A DNA stretch of 39,056 nucleotides, taken from assembly GCA_964391035.1 (NCBI GenBank), contig CAYMLW010000004.1, forward strand, positions 1 through 39,056, given 5' to 3'. Of the stretch, positions 27,511-36,206 are shown piece after piece (the stretch's first letter is position 1; each line of letters starts with the position of its first letter). The stretch comes from an uncultured Gemmatimonadaceae bacterium. GTDB lineage: Bacteria > Gemmatimonadota > Gemmatimonadetes > Longimicrobiales > RSA9. The notes beneath the pieces are model-generated. The model searched no databases, was not told where the DNA came from, and was given only the letters and a program-made list of their open reading frames with translations. The translations under genes and the position numbers were made by a program.

Positions 27511-28009
27511 CATCGGCGACCCCCTCTCAGAGACCTCGAAGGTTCTGGTGGTGCGCTACTGTCACCGCTGCGACCGGCAGGCGGTCTCCTGCCCTCACGA
27601 GGGCACCGCCTACGAGGTCGGCCTGCTCGGCGGCAGCGCCTCGGCTGGCGTCGTCCAGCTCGCGGTCGATGGCAAGTTCGTCCGCTGGACCGAGGATGGC
27701 GCCTACCTCCGGGTGGCGCGCGCCGCCTACCTCCACGCCATCGGCGGCCGGGTCTCGAAAATCGAGGTGCTCGACGGCGAGCGCTGGTGGGTCCTCAACA
27801 TGCCGCTCGGCTCGGCCTCGGTCGAGAGCTGGGACGACGGCCGCGTGCGGTGGGAGGCCATCCCCCGGCACGCCCTCGACGCCTACGAACCACGCACGGT
27901 GAACGGCCAGCGCAAGGTGCGCAAGGTCCGCTCCACCGATGACGACCGCATCTGCCACTGTCACCAGGGCGCACGCTGTCCCGACTACGGCCGACGTGCG
28001 AACGCCTGA
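27500..28009 (+). CDS. hypothetical protein with Cys/His clusters
   Basis: GAGG RBS; CHRC...CPH and CHCHQGARCP. Confidence 0.65.
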   Translation: MARSIGDPLSETSKVLVVRYCHRCDRQAVSCPHEGTAYEVGLLGGSASAGVVQLAVDGKFVRWTEDGAYLRVARAAYLHAIGGRVSKIEVLDGERWWVLNMPLGSASVESWDDGRVRWEAIPRHALDAYEPRTVNGQRKVRKVRSTDDDRICHCHQGARCPDYGRRANA

Positions 28010-28077
28010 CGCATCCGCTATTCTCACCATCACCCACCCCGGCAGAGTGCCGGACCGACAAACAGGAGCTACACAGC

Positions 28078-28470
28078 ATGGGCATCCGTGACCGTCTCAA
28101 GGGAAAGGCGCAGCAGCCAGGTGGCGGGGATTTCCCCGACACCGTCAAGTTCGAGGACGTTGGCGACGAGGTCGCCGGCACTGTGACCGGCGTGCGCAAC
28201 GTGACCACCGACTACGGCGACGCCGTGGTCATCGCGGTGGACTGCGAGGTCCACGGCGAGGAGGTCGCCTTCTTCGCCACGAACCACAACCTCCGGCTGG
28301 CGTTCGTGGAGGGCGAAAACGACATCGGTCGCCCGGTCCAGAAGGGCGACGAGGTCTACGCCCGCTACGAGGGCAAGAACCAGACCAAGAATGGCAACAC
28401 GGTCAAGAACTTCGCCGTGGCCGTGGAGGCTGGCGGCGCCGAGGCCGAGGACGACGACGCGCCGTTCTGA
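28078..28470 (+). CDS. single-stranded DNA-binding protein (OB fold, probable)
   Basis: KFEDVGDEVAGTV pattern and acidic C-terminal tail ending DDDAPF. Confidence 0.75.
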   Translation: MGIRDRLKGKAQQPGGGDFPDTVKFEDVGDEVAGTVTGVRNVTTDYGDAVVIAVDCEVHGEEVAFFATNHNLRLAFVEGENDIGRPVQKGDEVYARYEGKNQTKNGNTVKNFAVAVEAGGAEAEDDDAPF

Positions 28471-28572
28471 GCCGACCGGGGGCGGTTCTGCCGCCCCCAT
28501 TTCTCACCACCCAACAGCCGAGCCCTGGCGCGCCCCCGCCCCGCGCGGGGGCGTTGCCGTCAGGAGGCCATC

Positions 28573-29070
28573 ATGCTGCTCTGCCCCACCACGCCCAAGG
28601 GGCTGCTCCCCTTGGCCATCCGCGCCGCCCTCGACGTCGGCATCGACCACGACGAGGCCGTGAGCGCCGCGAACCTGGCCGTCACCGAGGTCTGCCGACG
28701 CTACCCCGAGGAGTCCCGCTCGTGGGTCATCCGTGAGGCTGCCAAGCGTCGAGCCATCGACTACTGGCGCAGCGCGAGAGGACGCGAGGGCCAGAAGCCG
28801 CGCCCGGATTTCCTGGAGGACCACGTCTACAGCGAGCCCTCCCACGACCCCACCACAGACGTCGTCGACCGCCTGGCGGCGCAGCAGGAGGCGCGCCTGC
28901 TCCTGGAGCAGCTCGACGAGCGCGAGCGCTTCATCGTCACCCGCCTGGCCGACGGCTGGACCTTGCGCGAGGTCGGCGAGCACATCGGCATTAGCGAGGC
29001 CGGAGTGTCCCATGCGCGCAAGCGCATCCGCACGCGCCTGGAGCCGCTGAGAGCCGCTCTAAGCGCCTGA
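28573..29070 (+). CDS. sigma-70 family (ECF-like) sigma factor
   Basis: AIDYWR region 2; LEQLDERERFIV...GWTLREVGEHIGISEAGVS region 4 HTH. Confidence 0.85.
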   Translation: MLLCPTTPKGLLPLAIRAALDVGIDHDEAVSAANLAVTEVCRRYPEESRSWVIREAAKRRAIDYWRSARGREGQKPRPDFLEDHVYSEPSHDPTTDVVDRLAAQQEARLLLEQLDERERFIVTRLADGWTLREVGEHIGISEAGVSHARKRIRTRLEPLRAALSA

Positions 29071-29095
29071 CCCCCACCCCCCTTACGACCCTACC
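29041..29095 (+). repeat. partial (left-arm) copy of the dispersed element
   Basis: GAGCCGCTGAGAGCCGCTCTAAG is identical to the start of copy B, followed by a C-run and TACGACC. Confidence 0.7.
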
Positions 29096-29117
29096 GAGAC
29101 CCCACACAGGAGCAAAC

Positions 29118-31016
29118 GTGAGCCACCAGGACGCCTCTCCGAGCCTTCTAGAAGCCGCGCTGAGCTACGCCGACAACGGCGTGCCAGTGTTCCCGCTGAC
29201 CCCCGAGGGCAAGCGCCCGCTGGTCGAGCACGGGCTGCACGAGGCCACCACCGACGCCGACCAAATCGAGCGGTGGTGGACCGACTACCCCAACGCGAAC
29301 ATCGGGATGCCGACTGGAGCCCCGAGCGGCATGGTCGTCATCGACATCGACCCCGAGGGCATCGAGCTGGCCCGCGAGCTGCGCGACGACGGCAGGCTGC
29401 CACCGACCTGGGCGGTCAGGACCCCGCGCGGCGAGCACCTCTACTACCACGCCCCCGAGGAGCGCATCAAAAACGGCGTGGGTGAGCGCGGCGGCCTCGG
29501 CAAGGGCATCGATGTGCGCGGCGACGGCGGCTACGTCGTGGTCCCGCCCTCGACCGACGGCCAGGGGGGCACCTACGAGCGCCGAGGCGGCCCCCACGTC
29601 GAGCCCCTGCCAGGGTGGGTCGCGGACCTGCGCTCCGACCGGCGCACCGACGCCTCTCGCCTGGAGCGCCTGCGCGGCAAGGCGCGCACCAACGCGCCCG
29701 TCGAGCCCCATCCGCTCCCGGAGAGCGAGCACCCGGTCGGCACTCGCAAGGGCCTGCGCAAGCTCGCGGTCGAGGCCGCGCTCCTGGCGAACGAGGGCGA
29801 GGGCTCCCGCAACCACCGTCTAAACGAGGTGGCCTTCATCCTCGGCGGCTACCTCAAGGCCGGGCACCTCGACCTCGACTACCTCGTGGAGGTCATCCTC
29901 GCGGCGGCCGAGGAGAACGGCATGGTGGACGACGATGGGATTGGCCAGGTGGAGGCCACCCTGGAGAGCGGCCTGACCGCCGGGGAGGCCGAGCCCATCC
30001 CTGACGCCGCCACCGAGGCCGATTGGGTGGTGCCGGGCAAGGCTTACGCCACGCCCAAGCTGCTCTACACCCTCGACGACCTCGCCAACCTCCCGCCCAT
30101 CGAGTTCCTCATCGACGGCATCCTGCCGGCGCGCTCGCTGAGCGTGGTGTTCGGCCCGAGCGGCACGTACAAGAGCTTCCTGGTGCTCGATTGGGCGCTG
30201 TCCATCACCTCGGGGCGCCCGTGGGCTGGCCACCAGACCGAGAAAGGCAACGTCGTCTACGTCGCGGCCGAGGGTGCCTCGGGCATCCGCAAGCGCGCGA
30301 CCGCCTGGCTCGAAGCCAACCCCGGCTACGACCCGAGCGACCGCCTGCGCGTGGTCCCGCGCGCGGTCAACCTGCTCGACCCCGACAGCGCCTACGAGCT
30401 GCGCTCGGCGCTGCGCGAGGAGCTGGCCGAGAGCCCGTCGCTCATCGTGGTCGACACCTTCGCCCGGTCCATCACCGGGGGCGATGAGAACAGCGCCACC
30501 GACGTGGGCGTGGTCGTGGACGTGGTCGATGCCATCCGGCACGAGCACGGCTCGACCGTGCTGCTCGTGCACCACTCCGGGCGCCAGGGGGGCCACGAGC
30601 GTGGCTCCACCGCGCTCGAAGGGGCGATGGACGCGCGGTACGAAATGAGCGCGTCACAGGACACCCTCCAGGCCACGCTCAAGTGCCGGAAAATGAAGGA
30701 CCGAGAGGAGCCCAAGCCGGTCCACCTCAAGCTCCGCGAGCTGGGGCCGTCGCTCGTGGTCGAGCCCGGCCTGCTCGACGAGGAGGCCCGCAAACAGCTC
30801 GTGGCCGAGACTATCGAGGGGCTGCTCGACGCGCACCCCGAGGGCATCGGGTTCGGGTTCCTCGTGCGCGAGCTGCCGCTGGCCCCGCAGGACGCGCAGC
30901 GCGCCATCACCGAGGCCGAACTGGACCCAACGTGCCCGGTCGTGACGACGCGCCCGGACGGCTACAAAGACGACCTCTACACCGTCGTCGGCGACTTGCA
31001 CGAGCACGCCGCGTAG
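29118..31016 (+). CDS. bifunctional DNA primase/polymerase fused to a RepA-like (AAA_25) helicase
   Basis: PVFPL...KRP, ANIG..TG, VIDID, TPRGEHLYY, GIDVRGDGGYVVVPPS; Walker A GPSGTYKS, YVAAEG, IVVDT, DENS, VHHSG, RGSTAL. Confidence 0.95.
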   Translation: MSHQDASPSLLEAALSYADNGVPVFPLTPEGKRPLVEHGLHEATTDADQIERWWTDYPNANIGMPTGAPSGMVVIDIDPEGIELARELRDDGRLPPTWAVRTPRGEHLYYHAPEERIKNGVGERGGLGKGIDVRGDGGYVVVPPSTDGQGGTYERRGGPHVEPLPGWVADLRSDRRTDASRLERLRGKARTNAPVEPHPLPESEHPVGTRKGLRKLAVEAALLANEGEGSRNHRLNEVAFILGGYLKAGHLDLDYLVEVILAAAEENGMVDDDGIGQVEATLESGLTAGEAEPIPDAATEADWVVPGKAYATPKLLYTLDDLANLPPIEFLIDGILPARSLSVVFGPSGTYKSFLVLDWALSITSGRPWAGHQTEKGNVVYVAAEGASGIRKRATAWLEANPGYDPSDRLRVVPRAVNLLDPDSAYELRSALREELAESPSLIVVDTFARSITGGDENSATDVGVVVDVVDAIRHEHGSTVLLVHHSGRQGGHERGSTALEGAMDARYEMSASQDTLQATLKCRKMKDREEPKPVHLKLRELGPSLVVEPGLLDEEARKQLVAETIEGLLDAHPEGIGFGFLVRELPLAPQDAQRAITEAELDPTCPVVTTRPDGYKDDLYTVVGDLHEHAA

Positions 31017-31107
31017 GCTAATCTCACCGTCCGACCGGCACGGTGTGTCGGGGGCTCCAGACAGAGGGAACCTCACGGCGGGGAAGCGCCGCGCCGGTCA
31101 CCCACCT

Positions 31108-31152
31108 ACCCCCTCGACCCTCAGCGTGGTGGCTCCGGGGTCGAGGGGGTTT
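31108..31152 (+). terminator. 13-bp perfect-stem hairpin after the primase-helicase gene
   Basis: ACCCCCTCGACCC (31108-31120) pairs with GGGTCGAGGGGGT (31138-31150). Confidence 0.55.
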
Positions 31153-31180
31153 CACCGTCAGGGGCCACCAGGAGTCACCG

Positions 31181-31435
31181 ATGCCAGCACCGACAACGCT
31201 CGTGTTCGCTTCTACTCGACACCAGGCGCTCAGGGCCACCGACGAGCTGGGCCTGCCGCGCAATCGCGCCTACGACTACGGCTCGATGGACCGCGCGCTT
31301 CGAGGACGCGGCGCCGAGACCACCGCCGTGGTCGGCGACGGCCGCCTGACCGAGACCCCGGTCGAGCTGAAAGCCGCAGAGGCCAGCGGCGTGCGTGTCA
31401 TCGGCCTCGATGAGGCACGGGAGGAGCGCTCGTGA
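31181..31435 (+). CDS. hypothetical protein
   Basis: AGGAG RBS before ATG 31181; GTGA overlap with the next gene. Confidence 0.7.
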   Translation: MPAPTTLVFASTRHQALRATDELGLPRNRAYDYGSMDRALRGRGAETTAVVGDGRLTETPVELKAAEASGVRVIGLDEAREERS

Positions 31436-31971
31436 GCACTAAGGCCGCGCAGCGCGACGCCCGGAGCGAGGTCGTCCAGACCTCCCGCACCAAGGGCGAG
31501 CGCATCACCCTATTTCTCTCCCCCAAAGGCCGGGTGTGGTGGACCGACACGTTCACCGCCCGCCCCGCCCCCGAGGAGCTGACCGAGCAGCTCGAAGGCT
31601 TCGAGCTGCCGGCGACCATCGACATCAAGGTGGGGCGCCTGACCGCCCCCCACCCCGCCGACAGTGCCCACCCTAAGCCGGGCGCCATCGCGCAGGCCAC
31701 CGAGCTGGTCATCCGGCGCGCACTCAAGCGCGCCAAGCCGGTCCGGCCGACCGGCGAGCGTTTCGACAACGGCGCCGGCACCGAGGTGGTCGAGCTGCGC
31801 GGGGAGCCGGGCCGCGTGCTCCTCGATGAGCGCGACGCCGACCTACTCAACGCCAACCGACTCCTGGTCGAGGACCGCGAGCGCAAACCGCGCCCGGTGC
31901 TGGCCAGGAGCGACGACGGCATCGAGGGCGTCGCGATGGGCGTCCTCGAAGCCGAGAAGGAGCAATCGTGA
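31432..31971 (+). CDS. hypothetical protein
   Basis: GGAGGAG RBS, typical codon usage. Confidence 0.75.
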   Translation: MSTKAAQRDARSEVVQTSRTKGERITLFLSPKGRVWWTDTFTARPAPEELTEQLEGFELPATIDIKVGRLTAPHPADSAHPKPGAIAQATELVIRRALKRAKPVRPTGERFDNGAGTEVVELRGEPGRVLLDERDADLLNANRLLVEDRERKPRPVLARSDDGIEGVAMGVLEAEKEQS

Positions 31972-32219
31972 ACCGCTGGAGCGCATGGAACCTCGACGTT
32001 TACACCTGGAGCTGGCTCGTCTGGCTCGGCGCCTTCATCGTGCTGGAGACCCTGGCCATCATCGAGGACCGGCACAACACGCTGACTGAGCACTTGCGCC
32101 CGGTCCTCACCGAGCACCCGCTGGCCTGGTTTCTCACCCTCGGGCTCTGGCTCTGGCTCGGCGTGCATTTCCTGGCTCCGCGCATGGAGTGGGCGCTTCT
32201 GGACAGGTTCGTGCGGTAG
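31968..32219 (+). CDS. small Trp-rich membrane protein
   Basis: Two hydrophobic helices flanking TLTEHLR. Confidence 0.75.
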   Translation: MNRWSAWNLDVYTWSWLVWLGAFIVLETLAIIEDRHNTLTEHLRPVLTEHPLAWFLTLGLWLWLGVHFLAPRMEWALLDRFVR

Positions 32220-32310
32220 GCGCGCGTTCACACACCCTCGCATTTGCGTTACTGCATGAACACCCCCTACACAAAGAGTGCACGCCAACCCCCTACCGAC
32301 AGGAGACACC

Positions 32311-32826
32311 ATGACAAACGCAACCGAACAGCAGCAGGCCCCGACCGCCCCGGACCCCGCGCCCAAGCGGCGCAAGTGGCCGTGGGTCGTCGCCGCACTG
32401 TTCGTCATCGGCGCCATCGGCAACATCGCCGAGGACCCCGAGACCCCCGAGCCCGAGCCCACCGCCGTCGAGCAGGAGGCCGAGCCCGAGCCCGAGGTCG
32501 ACCCTGAGCCCGAGAGCCCGAGCCAACCCACCGAGTCCGAGCCCGAGGAGGGCGGCGACCTGGAGTGGGCGCGCCAGGAGCTTGCGTGGGCTGGCCAGGA
32601 CATCGCCGACGGCGACTATGACATCGCCCGCGACTCCCTAGAGTTCGCCCGCGCCTCAGCCGAGGACGCGCCCGAGGGGCCCGAGCGGACCGCCATCCTG
32701 GAGCTGGTCGACACGACGCTCGACGCCCTCGACGCCCTGGAGGAGTGCCAGGCAGGCGACCTCGAAGCGTGCGACACCTCCGACGAGCTGTTCGTGGAGG
32801 CCGGCGAAGCCCTCGACAACCTCTAA
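32311..32826 (+). CDS. membrane-anchored acidic protein (possible superinfection exclusion or lipoprotein-like role)
   Basis: AGGAG RBS; KRRKWPW plus a transmembrane helix, EP-rich linker, helical acidic domain with two Cys; own promoter candidate TTGCGT-N18-TACACA at 32244-32273. Confidence 0.75.
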   Translation: MTNATEQQQAPTAPDPAPKRRKWPWVVAALFVIGAIGNIAEDPETPEPEPTAVEQEAEPEPEVDPEPESPSQPTESEPEEGGDLEWARQELAWAGQDIADGDYDIARDSLEFARASAEDAPEGPERTAILELVDTTLDALDALEECQAGDLEACDTSDELFVEAGEALDNL

Positions 32827-32934
32827 TCCTGGTCGCTACCGGGACCCGAAAACCCCCTCTAGAGAGCCTTCTAGGGGGGGTTTGTGGAGCTGAGCAACAT
32901 CACCGGGCTCCAGGTCATTAGCTGACCGAGCCCC

Positions 32935-32975
32935 GCCGGGAGCGGCAGCGAGGGGTTCGACTCCCCTCCCCGGCA
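32935..32975 (+). ncRNA. tRNA-like minihelix (acceptor stem plus T arm), not a full tRNA
   Basis: GCCGGGA/CCCCGGC stem, AGGGG-TTCGACT-CCCCT T arm, 9-nt connector in place of the D and anticodon arms. Confidence 0.5.
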
Positions 32976-33149
32976 CAGGACGGTCGCCTCGCCCGGAGGC
33001 CACCAACCAGAAGCGAACCCGTCGCAGCTACGTGCTGCCCCGACGCCGGGTGGGCACCGCAGGCTGGATAAGACCAAGGGGTACGAGCCGTGGCCACGGC
33101 CACCGGCCCCACCGGGCACCACCGTCCACTGTTTACACGAGGAGCCACC

Positions 33150-33635
33150 ATGAGAGTCCACTTCACCCCCCTGCTCAACGAGGGGCACGCAACCTTCCGC
33201 GATTTCGACCGCGACACCGCAGTCCTCCTGGCCGCCGGCAACTACACCGTCGACCTCAACGTCGACACCATCGAGGAGGCCCTGGAGCGCATCTACCGTG
33301 CGCTCAACATCGGCGATGACGCCTTCTACACCGCTGGCATCATCGACGACTACCGCCGCCGCGAGTGCCGCTCGCTGAGCGTCGGTGACGCCGTCCTCAT
33401 CGGCGAGCTGGGCGATGACGCCCTCCAGGCGTACACCGTCGCCAGCTTCGGCTGGACGCAGGTCCCCGCCGACCGCGTCCTCCTCGCCACCTACGGCGAG
33501 TGGGAGGGCGACCGCAAGGCCCGCTACGAGGCCACGCTCAACGGCGTGCGCCACGTCATCGAGCGTAGCCACGGCGACACCCGCGCCAACCTCCTGGTCA
33601 ATGACCTGGAGCGGCGCATGCGCGAGGCCGCGTGA
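33150..33635 (+). CDS. hypothetical protein
   Basis: AGGAGCCACC-ATG start; RSLSVGDAVLI motif recurrent in actinophage small genes; followed by a hairpin and T-run. Confidence 0.8.
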   Translation: MRVHFTPLLNEGHATFRDFDRDTAVLLAAGNYTVDLNVDTIEEALERIYRALNIGDDAFYTAGIIDDYRRRECRSLSVGDAVLIGELGDDALQAYTVASFGWTQVPADRVLLATYGEWEGDRKARYEATLNGVRHVIERSHGDTRANLLVNDLERRMREAA

Positions 33636-33698
33636 GCCCGAGCCCCGGCCGCCCGGTCGGGGCTTTCCCACCACCCACCACCACGAAAGTAACTTACC

Positions 33699-34052
33699 AT
33701 GATGAGCCTTAGCACCATCCGCGAGCACAACTTCGAGGCTGCCGAGCGCGCCTCAGCCGAGGGGCTGGAGCCGTTCGTTCACTGGACCGCCTCCGAGGTC
33801 CATGAGCGGGAACGCTTCCCGTTCCCCCACCTCGGGGACCACCGGCCGCAGGGCTGGGAGCTGACCGAGACCTATTTCGTGGACAGCTCCGGTTTCGGCG
33901 AGCCGGGCGGGCCCGCCCTGACCGTCGATGCCTTCCGCAACATCATCCAGGAGCGCATCGAGGCCAGTGACGACATCACTGGCTGGGCGGTCATCGAGGC
34001 CGGGCAGTTCCAGGTGTGGGTCGGCGAGTTCCACAACGACCCGCGCAGCTAA
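33699..34052 (+). CDS. hypothetical protein
   Basis: PFP.LG, YFVDSSGFG..G.PALT, EAGQFQV motifs; typical codon usage. Confidence 0.8.
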   Translation: MMSLSTIREHNFEAAERASAEGLEPFVHWTASEVHERERFPFPHLGDHRPQGWELTETYFVDSSGFGEPGGPALTVDAFRNIIQERIEASDDITGWAVIEAGQFQVWVGEFHNDPRS

Positions 34053-34099
34053 TCCCACCATCGGCCCCGGCTTCCGGGTCGGGGCCAGGAGACTGAGAA

Positions 34100-34261
34100 A
34101 TGCCAACCAACCACGAAACCACCCACTGCGAAATCTGCCACCTACCCCTGCCCGCCGACCTCGGCGAGGTGCTCTGGCACCGCGCCCTGGCCCACAACCG
34201 GCAGGCCACCTACCCCCGGCGCAGCTCTCAGCTCGCCAAGCTGGAGAGGAGCACCCGATGA
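34100..34261 (+). CDS. 53-aa C2H2-like zinc-finger protein
   Basis: AGGAG RBS; CEIC-x13-H-x4-H; ATGA overlap with the next gene; not in the ORF track. Confidence 0.55.
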   Translation: MPTNHETTHCEICHLPLPADLGEVLWHRALAHNRQATYPRRSSQLAKLERSTR

Positions 34262-34686
34262 CCACCGAAACCCACCCCCGCCTCGAAGGCTTCGAGGCCG
34301 CCCCCGAGGACCCCGAGCGCGAGCACGACCGCAAGCGGCTCACCGCCGCAGCGCGCGGCTACGTCGTCTCGCTCTCGCTCCAGGAGAACGGCTACGTCGT
34401 CTCGCTCTCGCTCCAGGAGAACGGGCTCGTCAATCGCCAGCAGCACGCCTACGTGCTCGACACCTTCGGTCGGGCCGCCGGGCGCTACGCCTCGCGCTAC
34501 GGGCTGACCACCAACCAGGCCGCGACGCTGGCCCTGCTGTGGGCGGCGCACGCCTACGACGACCTCGCTGCCGGCGCGCACGAGCACACCGACACGAGCG
34601 CCGCCTGGTACGAGCGCCAGCGCGACCGCGCCTACGCGACGCACGAGCGCTGGGCCCGCCTAAGCCTGGAGAGCGGCACCCGCTGA
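34258..34686 (+). CDS. hypothetical protein with a perfect 11-aa tandem duplication
   Basis: GAGGAG RBS before ATG 34258; GYVVSLSLQEN twice. Confidence 0.7.
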   Translation: MTTETHPRLEGFEAAPEDPEREHDRKRLTAAARGYVVSLSLQENGYVVSLSLQENGLVNRQQHAYVLDTFGRAAGRYASRYGLTTNQAATLALLWAAHAYDDLAAGAHEHTDTSAAWYERQRDRAYATHERWARLSLESGTR

Positions 34687-34700
34687 CCATTCACACCCTC

Positions 34701-34727
34701 GCCCCCGCCATCCTCGGCGGGGGCTTT
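34701..34727 (+). terminator. intrinsic terminator
   Basis: GCCCCCGCC-ATCCTC-GGCGGGGGC-TTT. Confidence 0.7.
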
Positions 34728-34737
34728 GCTATGCCGC

Positions 34738-34847
34738 CAGCTTCCACGCTAAGGGGGCTTAGCGCTCGTCTACGGCGATTTCCCCTACCCCCGCTATGAC
34801 CGTACCAAGGGGGGTGTCAACGCCTTAGAACGGCTCTCAGCGGCTCG
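34738..34847 (-). repeat. ~110-bp dispersed element, copy D
   Basis: Reverse complement CGAGCCGCTGAGAGCCGTTCTAAGGCGTTGACACCCCCCTTGGTACGGTCATAGCGGGGGT...AAATCGCCGTAGACGAGCGCTAAGCCCCCTTAGCGTGGAAGCTG. Confidence 0.9.
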
Positions 34848-34909
34848 AAGGGCCGTATGCGCGATGAGCGCGCGCGCAGCGAGACTGCGCGTGCGCTCTC
34901 ACCCCCCGA

Positions 34910-34938
34910 TTGGACAACCGTAAAACACCCCATACCAT
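34910..34938 (+). promoter_or_regulatory. candidate promoter for the small-gene cassette
   Basis: TTGGAC-N17-TACCAT in an AT-richer gap, followed by an A-rich leader. Confidence 0.5.
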
Positions 34939-35096
34939 AGGTATTGCAAGGTTGAGAGAGGCAAGACAGAGCGGACCGCCCGAGAGCCGACAGGGAACCG
35001 ACCCCATCGGGAACAAAAATACATAGCGGGACTACCAAGAGAAACCAAGATTTCCGATTTGCCCACCATCCGATTTCACACCCACCAGGAGCCACC

Positions 35097-35207
35097 ATGA
35101 CACTCGCCACCTTCATCCACGAAATCCGGGAAGCCTTCCACGAGGCAATCCTCGATGACCAGGCCCGCTGCCTGGTCGAGGATGAGCGGGCTGGCCTCAC
35201 CTTCTGA
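35097..35207 (+). CDS. 36-aa hypothetical protein
   Basis: AGGAGCCACC-ATG start; MTLATFIHEIREAFHEAILDDQARCLVEDERAGLTF. Confidence 0.65.
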   Translation: MTLATFIHEIREAFHEAILDDQARCLVEDERAGLTF

Positions 35208-35247
35208 GGCCCCCGCCCCGACCGCATCGACCTAGACAGGAGCCACC

Positions 35248-35628
35248 ATGAACGACCTCGACCTAATCATCACCCACCAAGCCGCAGCTCGCGCCCAAGA
35301 GGCCGACGGCGGCATCACCATCAACCCCTTCACCGGCCAGGAGCCAAAGGGCGGCTTTGCCGTCGCCATCGCCCCTGAGCGCGAGCGGAAGATTGCCGCC
35401 GACATCCTCGAACCCGAGGATATCGGCCACTTCATCGAGAAGAACCTCGACATCTTCGAGGCCGAGCCGCGCGCCAACCTCGGCGTCTGGCACGACCCGG
35501 AGACCGGCATCGTCCACCTGAACGTCAGCGCCATCGAGAGCGACCAGGAGGTCGCCGAGTAGCTGGCTCGGGTCAACGACGAGCTGGCCATCTTCGACCT
35601 CTCGACCTTCGAGAGCGTCAGGGTCTAA
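35248..35628 (+). pseudogene. phage hypothetical gene interrupted by an in-frame TAG at 35560-35562
   Basis: AGGAGCCACC-ATG start; the frame continues past TAG with normal codons (LARVNDELAIFDLSTFESVRV) to TAA 35628, which is followed by the usual gene-end motif and a hairpin. Confidence 0.65.
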
Positions 35629-35675
35629 TCTCACCATCGCTCCGGCCTTCGAGCCGGGGCCCGACAGGAGCCACC

Positions 35676-35880
35676 ATGACAACCCCCGACGAAATCCGCG
35701 AGAGCCTTCGACAGCGACCTCACCGAGGCGGCTGAGCTGGCCGGCGACCTCACCTGCACGCTGGGCGAAGCGGAGGCCATCGCCACCGACCTGGCCAGGC
35801 TGCTGGGCGCCCTCGCTCAGGAGCAGGGCATCACCCTGAACGCGAGCCAGCGCGAGGCGTTTGACAGCGCCGCGCTCTGA
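35676..35880 (+). pseudogene. small gene with an apparent +1 frameshift near 35703
   Basis: AGGAGCCACC-ATG start MTTPDEIRE; skipping one base gives 58 well-biased codons (AFDSDL...DSAAL) ending just before the next RBS. Confidence 0.6.
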
Positions 35881-35900
35881 GCCCCACGAGAGGAGCCACC

Positions 35901-36125
35901 ATGCCAACCGTTACCGCCACCCGCCTGCTCGATGAGCCGAGCGTCCCCTCGACGGTCTACCGCTTCGAGGGCGAGACGCCGGCCGGCACGGTCACCTTCG
36001 CGGTCGACCACCGGCCAGCGGCCGAGCTGCTCGCCGCCATCGAGGATGGCGAGGAGCCCGAGGTCCAGGTCCCCTCCTGGGCCATCCTCGGCTTCGAGCA
36101 CGCCCACCCTCAGCTCGACCTCTAA
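35901..36125 (+). CDS. hypothetical protein
   Basis: AGGAGCCACC-ATG start; VTFAVDHRPA...VPSWAI. Confidence 0.75.
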   Translation: MPTVTATRLLDEPSVPSTVYRFEGETPAGTVTFAVDHRPAAELLAAIEDGEEPEVQVPSWAILGFEHAHPQLDL

Positions 36126-36135
36126 TCACACCATC

Positions 36136-36162
36136 GGCCCCCGCTTCTGGCGGGGGCCTTTT
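36136..36162 (+). terminator. intrinsic terminator
   Basis: GGCCCCCGC-TTCTG-GCGGGGGCC-TTTT. Confidence 0.8.
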
Positions 36163-36206
36163 CGTGTTTCGGGGGCCACGGAACGGGGGTGGTTCTGGAA
36201 CGGTGC

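Noticed and set aside
32935-32975. Complete tRNA gene
   Set aside because: Only 41 nt, with no D arm or anticodon arm; kept as a tRNA-like element.
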